54,505 nucleotides of DNA from Actinomycetota bacterium (GCA_051744245.1 JBNJCV010000003.1:1-54505); one strand, 5' to 3'. Positions 19,632-30,649 are shown, counted from the first letter of the stretch. Notes: generated from the sequence alone by a model not told the origin. Translations and numbers: made by a program.

Positions 19632-21497
19632 ATGCCTAAAAGTTTAAAAGACGGGGAAGTTGACGAATTAAAAGCAAGAACAGACATTGTGGATATAATA
19701 TCCGAATATGTCAATCTAAAGAAACAGGGGAAAAATTTCCTTGGCTTATGCCCCTTCCATAAAGAAAAAACTCCTTCCTTTTCAGTAGATCCTTCCAGGC
19801 AGTTTTTCCATTGTTTTGGCTGTGGTGTTGGTGGAGATGTTATAAATTTTGTAGAGAAAATTGAAAACATGGAGTTTATAGAATCCGTGGAATTCATTGC
19901 CAAAAAAGTGGGCTATAACCTCCAGTACAGCTATAGCGGATCACCAAAGACAAAGAAGCTGAGGGAAAGGCTGGTTGGATTAAATGATCTTGCTAGGAAA
20001 TATTACCATTACATTCTCTTTAATTCCTCACCCGGTAAGGCTGCTTTAGAATACTTACAGAAAAGGGGATTTAAAAGAGATATCCTGGAAAAGTTCCAGG
20101 TGGGATATTCTTTAAATAATTGGGATAACTTTTCATTATTTGCCCAAAAAAGGGGTTATAAGGGAAAGGAGCTAATAGAAGCCGGACTATCAATAAAAAG
20201 CAAGAAGGGAGAAGGCAAGGTCTATGACAGGTTTAGGGGCAGGATAATATTTCCCATAGAAGATGTGGTGGGCAAGGTAATAGGCTTTGGGGGAAGAATA
20301 TTAAGGGAGGGAAAGCAGTCGGCAAAATATGTAAATACTCCTGAAACAAAGTTATATTCGAAAAGTAAGAATATCTATAATATCAACAGGGCCAAGAATT
20401 CAATAGTTGACAAAGACAGAGCACTTATTGTTGAGGGATATACCGATGTTATGGCATTAGATCAGCATGGGATTAATAATGTGGTGGCCAGCCTGGGTAC
20501 TGCATTAACTACTGAGCAAATTAAGCTGCTGGGTAGGTTTACCCAGAATATAGTGCTGGTTTTTGACAGCGACCAGGCTGGAATATCTGCTTCCATGAAG
20601 GGCATAGAAAGGCTTAAAGAATATAATGAGAGGCTAGACTTATACCATGAAAATAATATTAATATAGAAGTTACAGTGCTTGAAAAGGGTTATGATCCGG
20701 CAGATTATATTACCAGCAAGGGACAGGATGTTTTTTTAGGAAAAATTAACGGGGCTGTAAATATTATTGACTTTACCATAAACATAATTATAGAAAAATA
20801 TGACCTGGTAAACCTGAATGAAAAACTGAGGGCGAGCAATGAAGTGCTTAAATTCTTATCTACTCTCTCTTCAAAAATAATACAGGAAGAATGCATAAAA
20901 AAAGTTGCCCAAAAACTAGATTTGAAAGAAAGCCTGCTTTTTGAAGAGATGCTAAAGATCAGCAGTAAGGATAATAAAAGGGAAAGGTTTGCTAGTGTTA
21001 AAAAAGAGGAAAAACAGCCGCCTTTAAAGAAGGTGGAAATAGAGGCTTTAAGGTTGATGATAAATGGTGAAGGTATAGACAGTTTCCTTAATTTAAGCAG
21101 CAATTACTTTAAGTTTGAAGGTACAAAAAAACTATTTGATATAGTTAAGAGTTTTGCGGCAAAGAAAAATGATAAAGGGGTAAAATTAAACTTTCCCCTG
21201 GAAATACCGTCTGATTTAATGGAAGATGATGATATCAGGAATTTGTATAACAGCATTTTCTTTGACGAGAAAGCCTATAAAAATGGAAGAACCAATTGCC
21301 ATGAAGTTTTGAGTAATTTGAAAAAGATAAGGTTATCAGAGAGAATAGATAATATAAGGCATAAGATGATCGAAATAGACGAGCTTAGAAGAAAACATGA
21401 ACTAAGCCCCGACCAGAAGGCTGAATATGACAGGTTGTACAAAAAACTTATAGAGCTTGAGCAAAAAAAATTAAGCTTGGGAAGACTTGATATTTAG
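19632..21497 (+). CDS. dnaG: DNA primase
   Basis: CPFH..CFGC zinc finger, DRFRGRIIFPI, KYVNTPET, VEGYTD, FDSDQAG TOPRIM. Confidence 0.97.
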   Translation: MPKSLKDGEVDELKARTDIVDIISEYVNLKKQGKNFLGLCPFHKEKTPSFSVDPSRQFFHCFGCGVGGDVINFVEKIENMEFIESVEFIAKKVGYNLQYSYSGSPKTKKLRERLVGLNDLARKYYHYILFNSSPGKAALEYLQKRGFKRDILEKFQVGYSLNNWDNFSLFAQKRGYKGKELIEAGLSIKSKKGEGKVYDRFRGRIIFPIEDVVGKVIGFGGRILREGKQSAKYVNTPETKLYSKSKNIYNINRAKNSIVDKDRALIVEGYTDVMALDQHGINNVVASLGTALTTEQIKLLGRFTQNIVLVFDSDQAGISASMKGIERLKEYNERLDLYHENNINIEVTVLEKGYDPADYITSKGQDVFLGKINGAVNIIDFTINIIIEKYDLVNLNEKLRASNEVLKFLSTLSSKIIQEECIKKVAQKLDLKESLLFEEMLKISSKDNKRERFASVKKEEKQPPLKKVEIEALRLMINGEGIDSFLNLSSNYFKFEGTKKLFDIVKSFAAKKNDKGVKLNFPLEIPSDLMEDDDIRNLYNSIFFDEKAYKNGRTNCHEVLSNLKKIRLSERIDNIRHKMIEIDELRRKHELSPDQKAEYDRLYKKLIELEQKKLSLGRLDI

Positions 21498-21574
21498 CCG
21501 ATTATATGTAAAATTTAATTTTTGTGTGCTGGTTTAGTAATTTCAATTTTTATATAAATTGAGGTGATATAAAT

Positions 21575-22672
21575 ATGAAAAGAGGATCTGAATTTAAATT
21601 AGAAGAAGTTAAGGGCTTGATAAATAAGGGCAAAGAAGAAGGTCTTCTTACTACCGAAGAAATAAGCGAAGCTTTATCTGAAATAGATTTAAATAAGGAA
21701 CAGATTGAGAATATATATGATGTCCTCCAGAATCTGGGGATTGAAATAATTAGTGAAGATGATGAAGATATAGATAGTATTGGACAAAAGAGAAAAAATA
21801 TGAATTCCTTGAAAAAGAAGCTTGATTTGTCTATAAAATCTCCAACCAATGACCCTGTGAGGATGTATTTAAAGGAAATTGGGAAAGTCAGGCTGCTTAC
21901 TGCAGTTGAAGAAGTACAGTTAGCAAAGAGGATAAAAAAAGGAGACATGGCAGCTAAGAGGAAGCTTGTTGAGGCTAACTTAAGGCTGGTAGTAAGCATA
22001 GCTAAAAAATATGTTGGTAGGGGCATGCTGTTTTTAGATTTAATCCAGGAAGGAAATCTAGGATTAATTAGAGCTGTAGAAAAGTTTGACCATACGAAAG
22101 GATATAAGTTTTCCACTTATGCAACCTGGTGGATAAGGCAGGCAATAACCAGGGCAATAGCAGACCAGGCCAGGACCATTAGAATTCCAGTGCATATGGT
22201 GGAAACCATAAATAAGTTAATCCGGACCCAGAGGCAATTATTGCAAAAATTGGGCAGGGAGCCTACACCTGAAGAAATAGGCAAAAAGATGGATTTTTCA
22301 CCTGAAAAAGTAAGGGAAATAATGAAAATATCCCAAGAACCGGTTTCCCTGGAAACTCCCATAGGTGAGGAAGAAGATAGCCATCTTGGTGATTTTATTG
22401 AAGATTCAGAAGTGGAAGCTCCTTCTGATGCTGCATCGTTTACTATGCTCCAGGAACAGTTGAGGGAAGTTTTAAATACCCTAAATGAGAGGGAGCGGAA
22501 AGTAATACAGCTCAGGTTTGGATTACAGGATGGCCACCCAAGGACACTAGAAGAAGTAGGCAGGGAATTCGGGGTTACAAGGGAAAGAATAAGGCAGATA
22601 GAATCAAAGACATTAAGCAAGTTAAGACACCCTAATAGAAGTGGAGCTTTAAAAGATTTTTTAGAGACTTAA
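21575..22672 (+). CDS. rpoD: primary sigma factor
   Basis: [44 protein letters not shown]. Confidence 0.97.
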   Translation: MKRGSEFKLEEVKGLINKGKEEGLLTTEEISEALSEIDLNKEQIENIYDVLQNLGIEIISEDDEDIDSIGQKRKNMNSLKKKLDLSIKSPTNDPVRMYLKEIGKVRLLTAVEEVQLAKRIKKGDMAAKRKLVEANLRLVVSIAKKYVGRGMLFLDLIQEGNLGLIRAVEKFDHTKGYKFSTYATWWIRQAITRAIADQARTIRIPVHMVETINKLIRTQRQLLQKLGREPTPEEIGKKMDFSPEKVREIMKISQEPVSLETPIGEEEDSHLGDFIEDSEVEAPSDAASFTMLQEQLREVLNTLNERERKVIQLRFGLQDGHPRTLEEVGREFGVTRERIRQIESKTLSKLRHPNRSGALKDFLET

Positions 22673-22679
22673 AATAGGG

Positions 22680-22708
22680 TTGCAATTCCTTTTCTATATA
22701 TTTATAAT
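22680..22708 (+). promoter_or_regulatory. promoter of tRNA-Asn
   Basis: TTGCAA-N17-TATAAT about 20 nt upstream of the tRNA. Confidence 0.7.
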
Positions 22709-22729
22709 AGCTAAACGTTAAGGCAATAT

Positions 22730-22804
<75 letters not shown>

Positions 22805-22844
22805 GCAACTTTAGGCTTCTAGACTCTTCCTAAAAAATACAGTT

Positions 22845-23258
22845 TTAGAGGTTATTATTAATTTCTTCTTTTAATTTATTAAATGTTACTAATATTTTTT
22901 CAATTAGGGATTCGATTTTGGAGGGATGTAAGTCTAAAGCATAAGCATGAGTGAAGAAATGACGGAAACCAAGATATTCTTTAAGTTCATCTGCTAGGGT
23001 ATCCGAAATTATGTTTTTATTTCTTGCCTTATTTAATAATTCCTGATGCCAAGAATCACCTGTTGGCATCTCAAATGATTTTAATTGAAATACCTGTTTA
23101 AGTATATTTTCCACTCCATTATAAAAATTATGAATCAGTGCTGAAAGACCAGCAAGTTCTAATTGTGATAATTGGGAAACAGGCTTGTTGGGTAGAAGAG
23201 AAAGAGTTTTTTCTATAGCTTCGTATTCAGCTTCAATGCGATATTTATATTTAGCCAT
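22845..23258 (-). CDS. HEPN RNase toxin (HepT/DUF86-like)
   Basis: FRHFFTHAY fits R-X4-H-X-Y; overlaps the upstream MNT gene. Confidence 0.85.
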   Translation of the reverse strand: MAKYKYRIEAEYEAIEKTLSLLPNKPVSQLSQLELAGLSALIHNFYNGVENILKQVFQLKSFEMPTGDSWHQELLNKARNKNIISDTLADELKEYLGFRHFFTHAYALDLHPSKIESLIEKILVTFNKLKEEINNNL

Positions 23259-23520
23259 AGAGTAATTTTCCCTCTTCTTTTACTAAATTAATAAACTTGG
23301 AAGATCCGTCTAGGTCAATAATATCGATTGGTTTTGAAATTTTAAGTAACAAGTCACCATAAAATTTAAAAAAATCTTTAGGGAAAAGGCCTTCTACCCC
23401 AATATCAATATCATTACTTGCTCTTTTTTGATCCAAGCTAGATCCAAAAAGTAATACACGTTTTACTTTATATTTCTTTGATGTCTCTTGAATTATGCTT
23501 ATATCCTTTTCTGTAATCAT
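23251..23520 (-). CDS. minimal nucleotidyltransferase antitoxin (MntA-like)
   Basis: LFGS...NDIDI motif; likely start ATG 23520, 7 nt after an extended -10 TGGTATAAT. Confidence 0.85.
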   Translation of the reverse strand: MITEKDISIIQETSKKYKVKRVLLFGSSLDQKRASNDIDIGVEGLFPKDFFKFYGDLLLKISKPIDIIDLDGSSKFINLVKEEGKLLYG

Positions 23521-23687
23521 GCTAATATTATACCATATTTTTTTTATCCTTTTGGCCTTGATAAATTTTCTATCAAATATTGAGTTTAACATTCCAAAAT
23601 TTAAGAATAGTTCATTATGGAAAAAGAAAGTTGGTTTTAATTGTTTCCGATCTATTTATTATATTTACATATTCATTAAAATAAAAA

Positions 23688-23716
23688 GTTCGAAATATGT
23701 CCACTAAAGGGAGCCA
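23688..23716 (+). repeat. cassette-boundary site 1 (tRNA-Asn 3'-end derived)
   Basis: GTTCGAAAT-ATGTCCACTAA-AGGGAGCCA. Confidence 0.85.
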
Positions 23717-23727
23717 AAATACCAAGT

Positions 23728-24912
23728 TTATTCAATAGAACTTAAATAGTTGCGTAAATCGAAGATATTTTTTATTTCAACTTTTTTCTTACATTTTATG
23801 CTTTTAAAAACTTTCTTCTGTTTACCATACATTTCAGAATTATATTTGACCTCTATAAGGGTATGGTCAGAAGTAAGAAAATCGATCTCAAACCCTTCTT
23901 TATAAATGTAACAGGGAGTAAGACTTTTAATTTTCATATATACATAATTTTCAAATATACTTCCGATATCTCTGAATCCCGTAAAAAGGGTTTTAATACC
24001 GAGATCTGCAGCGTAAACCTTTTTTGGAGATAATATTTTTTCATTTGTCTTGCTACACCTTGAAACAGGATATATTAAATAAGATTGATAAAACATATTA
24101 AAATACCTTCTTACCGAATCAGGGGTTATTCCAAGGATTTTGGAGATTTTATTAAGGCTGGCCTGTTTTCCAGCTCTTTCCATAAGGAGGAGAAAGAAAT
24201 CCTTCAATACAGAAATATTTTTAACATTATAGTAAACTGCTATATCCTTGTTTATGATATCGTCTACCAATTCTTTAAGATATTCAATGTTTTTATGTAT
24301 TACATACTCCGGTATTCCTCCTGTTTTCATATAGTCTTCAAAATATTCAGGAATAAGACTCGAATCTGCTTTCGGGATCTTGATATTTTTAAAACCGAGA
24401 TATTCGTTAAAATCCAGCGGTAATAATTCAATTAAAGAATACCTTCCGGTTAAATATGTTTTTCCGTTACGGAGCACTGAAGCACTCGACGAACTTGCAA
24501 AGATTTTTACATTTCCGGAATCATATAGATTCTTAAGCTGTATCTCGTAGTCTTTTTTGTAAGTTATCTCATCAAGAAAAATAAAAATTTTTTCAGAGAA
24601 AGGTATCCTGTGAATCCTTCTGTATTCATCGATTATCCCAACTATGCTTTTTTTGGATAAAAGGTAATCATCAAGACTTATATAAAATATTTTATTTTGA
24701 TTAATACCCCTGTCTTCTAATAATCTTTTTATTAATAACTTAAAAACTGTAGTTTTACCAACACGTCTCAACCCGGTTAGAATTATTATATCCCTTGAAT
24801 TAAGCTTATTTAGAATAAGGTCAACGACGTTTCTCTCATATATCCCCTGTAACTTATAATCCGTTTCCCACCATGGGTTATACCTATATAACAGTTCGCT
24901 AATATTTTGCAT
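23728..24912 (-). CDS. AAA_14/DUF4143-type ATP-binding protein
   Basis: NPWW start, GLRRVGKT Walker A, FLDEI Walker B, KVYAADLG, FENYV, EIDF..IEVK. Confidence 0.85.
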   Translation of the reverse strand: MQNISELLYRYNPWWETDYKLQGIYERNVVDLILNKLNSRDIIILTGLRRVGKTTVFKLLIKRLLEDRGINQNKIFYISLDDYLLSKKSIVGIIDEYRRIHRIPFSEKIFIFLDEITYKKDYEIQLKNLYDSGNVKIFASSSSASVLRNGKTYLTGRYSLIELLPLDFNEYLGFKNIKIPKADSSLIPEYFEDYMKTGGIPEYVIHKNIEYLKELVDDIINKDIAVYYNVKNISVLKDFFLLLMERAGKQASLNKISKILGITPDSVRRYFNMFYQSYLIYPVSRCSKTNEKILSPKKVYAADLGIKTLFTGFRDIGSIFENYVYMKIKSLTPCYIYKEGFEIDFLTSDHTLIEVKYNSEMYGKQKKVFKSIKCKKKVEIKNIFDLRNYLSSIE

Positions 24913-25056
24913 TTTAGAACCACCTTTTTAAATGTTTGTCGTATTATACGATTATATCGTATAAAATGTCAAATATTCATATGATGGAAACATATAATAT
25001 AAATTAATCAGAAATAGAAAAGTTATCTTATTTCCAGGGTAATAACAGGCTCAATG

Positions 25057-25093
25057 TTGTTATCAATACCGTCCAGCCCGGGGAGCCAGCAAC
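25057..25093 (+). repeat. cassette-boundary site 2 (variant left half)
   Basis: CGGGGAGCCAGCAAC at 25079-25093 is identical to 22795-22809; the preceding GTCCA is in register with site 1. Confidence 0.85.
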
Positions 25094-25185
25094 CCCTCCC
25101 GCTCCCAAAGCTGGCATAATCCTATACCAAACTTCTACTAATTTTCTATTGACCAGTAGTATATTTAAGGTATAATAATTATACC

Positions 25186-25446
25186 ATGCAATTTGAATTT
25201 GATAAAAAGAAAAGCAACATTAATAAAAGGAAACATGGTATTGATTTTTATGAGGCTCAAAAATTATGGGATGATGTAAATTACATTGAGATTCCAGCTA
25301 AGAATATTGATGAAACAAGATTTATTATAATTGGTAAAATTCTAGGAAAATATTGGTCAGGAATAATTACCTATAGAAGTAAAAAAATAAGAATTATTTC
25401 TGTTCGGAGATCTAGGAAGAAGGAGGTTGAATTATATGAAAGCTAG
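25186..25446 (+). CDS. BrnT-family toxin
   Basis: FEFD..K...N..KHGIDF and RIISVRR; TTGACC-N16-TATAAT just upstream. Confidence 0.9.
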   Translation: MQFEFDKKKSNINKRKHGIDFYEAQKLWDDVNYIEIPAKNIDETRFIIIGKILGKYWSGIITYRSKKIRIISVRRSRKKEVELYES

Positions 25447-25666
25447 TGAATTAGATAAAAAATTTGATGAAAATAAAGAAGATATTACAAAATATCTTGA
25501 TATAGCAAAAGCAAAAAGACCAAAGCAAGAACAAAAAAGAGTGAATGTTGATTTTCCTCTATGGATGGTAAATTTATTAGATAAAGAAGCTAAAAGACTG
25601 GGGGTACCAAGACAATCTATTATTAAAGTTTGGGTAGCAGAAAGACTTGAAAGACAAACTCAGTAA
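25436..25666 (+). CDS. BrnA/CopG (RHH) antitoxin
   Basis: KRVNVDFP.WM...LD.EA.RLGV.RQSIIKVW; overlaps the toxin gene. Confidence 0.88.
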   Translation: MKASELDKKFDENKEDITKYLDIAKAKRPKQEQKRVNVDFPLWMVNLLDKEAKRLGVPRQSIIKVWVAERLERQTQ

Positions 25667-25691
25667 AAAATTAAGTAAATTTGTTTTTAAT

Positions 25692-25736
25692 TGCAGATAA
25701 TATCTTTAATAATTTGGTTTGAACATTGTCTACTAG
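25692..25736 (+). repeat. degenerate boundary site (left flank and spacer only)
   Basis: TGCAGATAATATCTTTAATAATTTGGTTTGAACA aligns with 33260-33292; spacer TTGTCTACTAG resembles ATGTCCACTAA; right box absent. Confidence 0.6.
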
Positions 25737-25752
25737 TCCTTAAAGGAATTAT

Positions 25753-26895
25753 TCAAAAAATACTTGTTGCACTTTTCATATTTTCAATTACTTTAACATC
25801 AAAAGGGCATTTTTCTTCGCAATTACCACAAGCAATACACTCAGATGCTTTGTGTAAACAAGCCTCGTACCGGTCCAGTATTTGCCCAGGAATATTTCTT
25901 TTATTTATCAACGCTATATCAAGTAATTTTGTTATGGCAGCAATATCTATATTTGAAGGGCAAGGCAGGCAATGATTACAGTATACACATTTTCCATCGA
26001 GAGTGCCTTTAAAGCTTTCCGTAGCTTTACTATAATCTAGCTGTTCATCAGTTAGATTAATGTAATTTGCAGCTTCAATAACTTCACTGCGGGAACTACA
26101 TCCAATTAATGCGCTTACAACAGCTGGGCGTGTCAAGGCATAGTGGATGCATTGTCCGACGGTTAATGGGACATTAAAAGGTGAAAAATCTGGGATTAAA
26201 AGCTTTCCCGCCCCGAGAGTTTTCATAGTATTGATTGTTATACCTTTGCTTTCGCAAAGCTTGTAAAGATTGATACGTTTGGGGTCAATGTTTTTAAATT
26301 GTTCTCTTCTAAGTTTTTTAAACAGGATTGATTGAATATAAACATCCTCTGGCAGCATGTCAAAAGCAATATTAGTGCTAAACATTAGCAACTCTATTGT
26401 TCCAGTTTCTACTATCCTTGTAGCCATTTCTGGGTTGTGAGAGCTTGCTCCTATTGCACGAATTTTACCATCCTGTTTTAATTTTTGAACATATGATATA
26501 TATTCTGTGTCGAAAACACCCCTATAATCTTCCTCAGTATCAATAAAAAACATCATGCCCAAGTCAATATATTCTGTTTTAAAACTTCTAAGAAGATTTT
26601 CAAAATATCTTTTACAGATTTCTACATTACGTGTCCTATCATATTGTTCATGGATATCAACTGATCCGATATGCCCCTGAATTAATATTTTATCGCGGTT
26701 ACCTTTTAGAGCTTTTGATATATTATCTCTTACAGGTGTGCCAGGTATAAAGACATCAAAGATATTAATATCACACTAAAGGGCACCCTGGACTACTTCT
26801 TCACATGTCTTATATGGTTTATTGTCCAGATACTCTGTGCCAAGCCCAATAATACTTGCTGACATCCCAGTCTTTCCAATATCTTTGTATATCAA
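25753..26895 (-). pseudogene. aldo/keto reductase with C-terminal 4Fe-4S domain, disrupted
   Basis: TTG start 26895 with RBS (MIYKDIGKTGMSASIIGLG); in-frame TAG at 26776-26778, then a frameshift near 26750; C-terminal CVYCNHCLPCP and CIACGNCEEKCP. Confidence 0.8.
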
Positions 26896-27313
26896 AAACC
26901 CTCCTTTTAGCCAGAGAATATAATTTTGAGTTTAATTATTCATAACTTTTTCCTGATATTTAGTCCAGTTTTTAATTTAGGATCTAGGTCATTTATAAGC
27001 TAATGTCAAACACACTGGCTATTACCTGCTGAAATATTGTTATAAAATGGCTTTCAAATTATTGTTGCTAGAGATTTTTCTTATTGCTTTCAAAATATTT
27101 GCTGTTGAATTTATTCGCTTTCTGGTCTGAAATCCAGTAATTGATATTATTAATTCCCTTAAATTATTACGATTATATATTCTAATATAAATATCTTATC
27201 TGGTCTATAGCAATTAAAATAAAAAGATAATAAATTTGGTTTATAGTATAAAAATATCTCCATTTGAATTAATAATCCTGTTTCGAACCTTGTAGAATAT
27301 GACCAGCGAAAAA

Positions 27314-28495
27314 TTAGAGTTTTAATTTTCCCCTGCTTTTAAATATAAAAACCAGTGCCCCGGTAATAGCAACAGCAGAAGCAAGGATTATTCCATAGCT
27401 GTAAGTGCTGGAAATATCAAAGAGAAGCCCTCCTATTATGGGAGATATTACCCCGGATACCCCGTATGACAGGTGTATTGATGGATAGATATTTTCAAGG
27501 TTATGGATTCCATGAATATTTGAAATCTCGGCAGCAAATAGCACAAAATTAGCCCCAAAACCCATTCCTATAAAAAAAGATATTAGCATAAAGGAAAAAC
27601 CATTATTGGCTGGTATTAATAAAAGCAGGATTGATATTGAGAGGAATATAAGGGCAGCAATGATTGATTTTTTGCTGCCTATAAGGTCAGTAATCTTGCC
27701 CCATATAATCCTCCCCAGGGAATTTCCAACTGCAAACAGGCTAATGGCCATGGTAGAGAAAAAATTACTAAAGCCATATGACAGCCCTATTGGTTTAAGG
27801 TTTCCAATTATCAGTACGCCGGCAAAGGTCCCAGAAAACATTAAATATAACAATAGCCATAGATTTTTATTTTTTGTAATATCTTTTATGCTTAATATGT
27901 TGTGGTCCTCAATTTGATTGCTATTCTGGTTGGGATTTGTTACAAGGAACGCAGACAGCAATATTATTGCACCATAACTGATGGATATAATTTTGAAAAT
28001 ATCCAGGACAGGCAGGTTTCTTTTAAGCAGAAATTCGACCATCTGCGATAGAAGTATGGCGCCGCCCCCGAAACCAGCAACAGAAATTCCGGTAATTAAA
28101 CCTTTATGGCCAGGAAACCATTTTATGGGGGTAGCCAGCGCGCTTGCATAGCCAAAGCCAATCCCGGCTCCGGCAATAAGCCCCATCCCTAAAACCAGGA
28201 ATACTAAATTTCCATTGGAAAATGCAGATATTAAGTATCCACAACTGAAAAGGGCAGCGCTTATTATGGTGCTGGTGCGCGGGCCTATTCTTTTTAGCAA
28301 CCTGCCGGCAACTACCAGTGATATGGCAAATGAAGGTATAGTAAGTCCGAATATCAACTGGGTCTGTGCTGTTGTAAATCCACACTCAGCCCTAAGAGGG
28401 GGAACGTATATGCTAAATCCATACATACCGCCAAGGCAAACCATGGTAAGGATAGAGCCTAAAAGCACAAAATATTTTTTCAGTTTGGTAAACAT
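27314..28495 (-). CDS. MFS transporter (OFA/OxlT-like)
   Basis: About 12 TM segments; KWFP..KGL.TG...AGFGGG and GRIIWG.ITD.IG. Confidence 0.88.
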   Translation of the reverse strand: MFTKLKKYFVLLGSILTMVCLGGMYGFSIYVPPLRAECGFTTAQTQLIFGLTIPSFAISLVVAGRLLKRIGPRTSTIISAALFSCGYLISAFSNGNLVFLVLGMGLIAGAGIGFGYASALATPIKWFPGHKGLITGISVAGFGGGAILLSQMVEFLLKRNLPVLDIFKIISISYGAIILLSAFLVTNPNQNSNQIEDHNILSIKDITKNKNLWLLLYLMFSGTFAGVLIIGNLKPIGLSYGFSNFFSTMAISLFAVGNSLGRIIWGKITDLIGSKKSIIAALIFLSISILLLLIPANNGFSFMLISFFIGMGFGANFVLFAAEISNIHGIHNLENIYPSIHLSYGVSGVISPIIGGLLFDISSTYSYGIILASAVAITGALVFIFKSRGKLKL

Positions 28496-28610
28496 CTATG
28501 CCTAAAATTTAATATTGGGACAAATTATTAAAGTATTCTAAAGCCACTTTTAATTTTGTCAATAATTTTTGGTATTATTGTTATTTAAATTTTAAATTAC
28601 AGTCTGAATA

Positions 28611-28638
28611 GGTTCTTTTTTAAAAATAGTGTTGATTT
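28611..28638 (+). repeat. AT-rich repeat, also at 33943-33969
   Basis: GGTTCTTTTT(T)AAAAATA(G/T)TGTTGATTT. Confidence 0.6.
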
Positions 28639-28753
28639 ATTATCTTTTTTTCCAAACATATCTCAAAAAACATAATAATTGATACCTATTTAAACCAAAT
28701 TGCTTGAATTCGCTTTATGTCAACAAAGATGACGCTTTTTTTAATTAAATAAT

Positions 28754-29070
28754 TTAGTACTTATTATCTTCCCTATTAAGCACAACTTCCTCAGGAGCGC
28801 CCCAGCAAATAGTATCCCTTGATCCCCAGTGCTCGGGATTTTCACGTTTTGCCCTTTGCATGACTTTGTTTCTGTTTTTAAAGATGTCTGCTGCGCTGCC
28901 GTCTCGCATCTGCTCCGGGGTGATGTATCCTATTGATGAATGAAGATGTTCTGTGTTATACCAGTTTACAAAATCTGCCATCCATCCTCTTGCATGTTCA
29001 ATATCTTTAAATCTTATCGGATATCCGCTGCTGTATTTAAGTGTTTTAAAAAATGACTCAATATATGGGC
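28754..29070 (-). mobile_element. IS3-family transposase C-terminal remnant
   Basis: PYIESFFKTLKY..FVNWYNTEHLHSSIGYITP integrase-core tail; N-terminus missing. Confidence 0.8.
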
Positions 29071-29077
29071 ATTCTTT

Positions 29078-29598
29078 TCTTAAAAAAAAGAATGAAATAC
29101 TTCCTGGGTAAGCCAAAGGTGACCTATAAATATAAATACGAAGAAAAGATAGCTGGATTCAAACCTTTTCAATGGAGGCAGCTTGCTTCCCATATACCAG
29201 GTAAGGGCAAGCAGGCTGTCTGTTACTGCCGGTATTATAATAACGTTAAGAGAGGCAGACTGAAAAAAAGAAGAATGTGGCCAGAATATCATATTATAGA
29301 AGATGATTCTCCCGGAGGTCTAAATAAGTTCTGGGCTTATACAGAAGATGTATAAAGTGGGTCTGCTTACCTTCCCAAAGTACGGGGGAGAGATGAGGAT
29401 TATTGCTTTTATTTTAAGATTATAAGGTTGTAAAAAAGATTCTTGATTATTTGGGTATAGATGAATTTGAGAAAAAGAGGTATTCCACATACTTTCTGAT
29501 CAGTATTTGAGACCAGTGGCCATTTTTATCTCCAATAATGATAAATATGCCGACTTTTGGGGATTATAGGTCGGGGATCCAAAAGCAAATTCTTATAA
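29078..29598 (+). mobile_element. IS91-like (Y2 rolling-circle) transposase remnant with putative terminus
   Basis: LASHIP.KG.Q.V.Y..YY.N..RG, then in another frame QKMYKV.LL.FPKYGGEMRIIAFI (cf. EVDPL.CP.CGG.MRII.FI); ends in AAGCAAATTCTTATA. Confidence 0.7.
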
Positions 29599-29619
29599 AT
29601 TATAAATTAAGCACTCGAG

Positions 29620-29897
29620 CTCCGTGAGGCAAGAAGGCTGCTGGACAGACTCGAAATACATTATGCCCCAAAGCATGGCAGCTGGTTAAATATCGCAGAG
29701 AATGAACTAAAAATTCTAAATGGTCAGTAGCTAAACCGCAGAATCCCCTATTAGGAAATGTTAATTGAAGAGGCAGCAGTCTGGCAGGACAAGCATAATT
29801 ATGATAAAGCTAAGGTTACCTGGCAGTTTACAGCAAAGTGTGCCAGGATAAAACTAAAGAGGTCTTATCCTATATTATTATCTTGACATACTGCTAG
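29620..29897 (+). mobile_element. IS630-family transposase C-terminal remnant
   Basis: HYAPKHGSWLNIAENEL..LNGQ*LNRRIP and WQFT...RIKLKR-YP with stops and frameshifts. Confidence 0.8.
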
Positions 29898-29911
29898 TTT
29901 GAAGAGTCTGC

Positions 29912-30121
29912 TTAAATTTTAAGCGCTTCTCCTATTTGCTCATAGGATATATCAGGCAGGTGAGCGGTTGTTTTTGCATGTTCTATTGTTATACTGACAA
30001 GGTTGCCTTTTTCATCAATATCTATATATATATTTTCTGAAATTTCTCGGGTTTCCTTTATCACATTTTCCGAAAATTCTAATAAAGCGGTGTCAGTATC
30101 ATTGAAATATTTTATTTTCAT
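29912..30121 (-). CDS. DUF2283-family protein (putative antitoxin)
   Basis: MKIKY..DTD....F....IYID.D.KG.LVSITIEHA; AAGGAGG RBS. Confidence 0.8.
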   Translation of the reverse strand: MKIKYFNDTDTALLEFSENVIKETREISENIYIDIDEKGNLVSITIEHAKTTAHLPDISYEQIGEALKI

Positions 30122-30125
30122 ATTC

Positions 30126-30362
30126 TTATTCCTCCTTGAAATTTCTATCAAAGAAAGCATTATGGACTGTTTCTCCATCTTTAAGCATTATGACTCTTAA
30201 ATACTTTCCTTCACTTTTGATTTTTGACCATTTTCTTATTCTTCCATCTGACTGTATTTCAGTTTTAACTGGATCGTTGATGGTATCTTTTATCCAAGTA
30301 TCTTTTACTTTCGACCTATCTGGTCTTTTCTTCATATAATGAAAATAATTTGTAAATTTCAT
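30126..30362 (-). CDS. DUF4258-like / RelE-fold putative toxin
   Basis: Q.DGRIR.W..I...GKYLRV..L.DGETVHNAFFDR; paired with DUF2283. Confidence 0.7.
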   Translation of the reverse strand: MKFTNYFHYMKKRPDRSKVKDTWIKDTINDPVKTEIQSDGRIRKWSKIKSEGKYLRVIMLKDGETVHNAFFDRNFKEE

Positions 30363-30649
30363 TTTAATAATTCTGAAATCTTAAAAACTTCTTTTTTGTC
30401 AACAAATCTGTCATTAATGTACTTATGTAGTATGCTTGATATCAATGTCTGGTAAGGGATACCCTCAATATTAGCAATAGATTTCAATTGCTCGAGATCA
30501 TTGTTATTGAGCCTTAGAGTCACAACTCTTTTCTTTGAGCTTTTTTCTAAAACTGCCTCGATATTTTTCTTCTTCTCCTTAGAAACTTTTTTATATCCGG
30601 CTGCTTCCTTCTCAATAATCTTTTCATCTTTATCTAATTTATATTTCAT
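30359..30649 (-). CDS. CopG/BrnA-like RHH antitoxin
   Basis: VTLRL...DL..LK..A..EGIPYQTLISSILHKY. Confidence 0.8.
   Translation of the reverse strand: MKYKLDKDEKIIEKEAAGYKKVSKEKKKNIEAVLEKSSKKRVVTLRLNNNDLEQLKSIANIEGIPYQTLISSILHKYINDRFVDKKEVFKISELLK

Noticed and set aside
26776-26778. Recoded TAG (pyrrolysine or alternative code) in the AKR gene
   Set aside because: A frameshift follows within about 30 bp, and TAG ends normal genes here (e.g. glyS, ppdK, dnaG).
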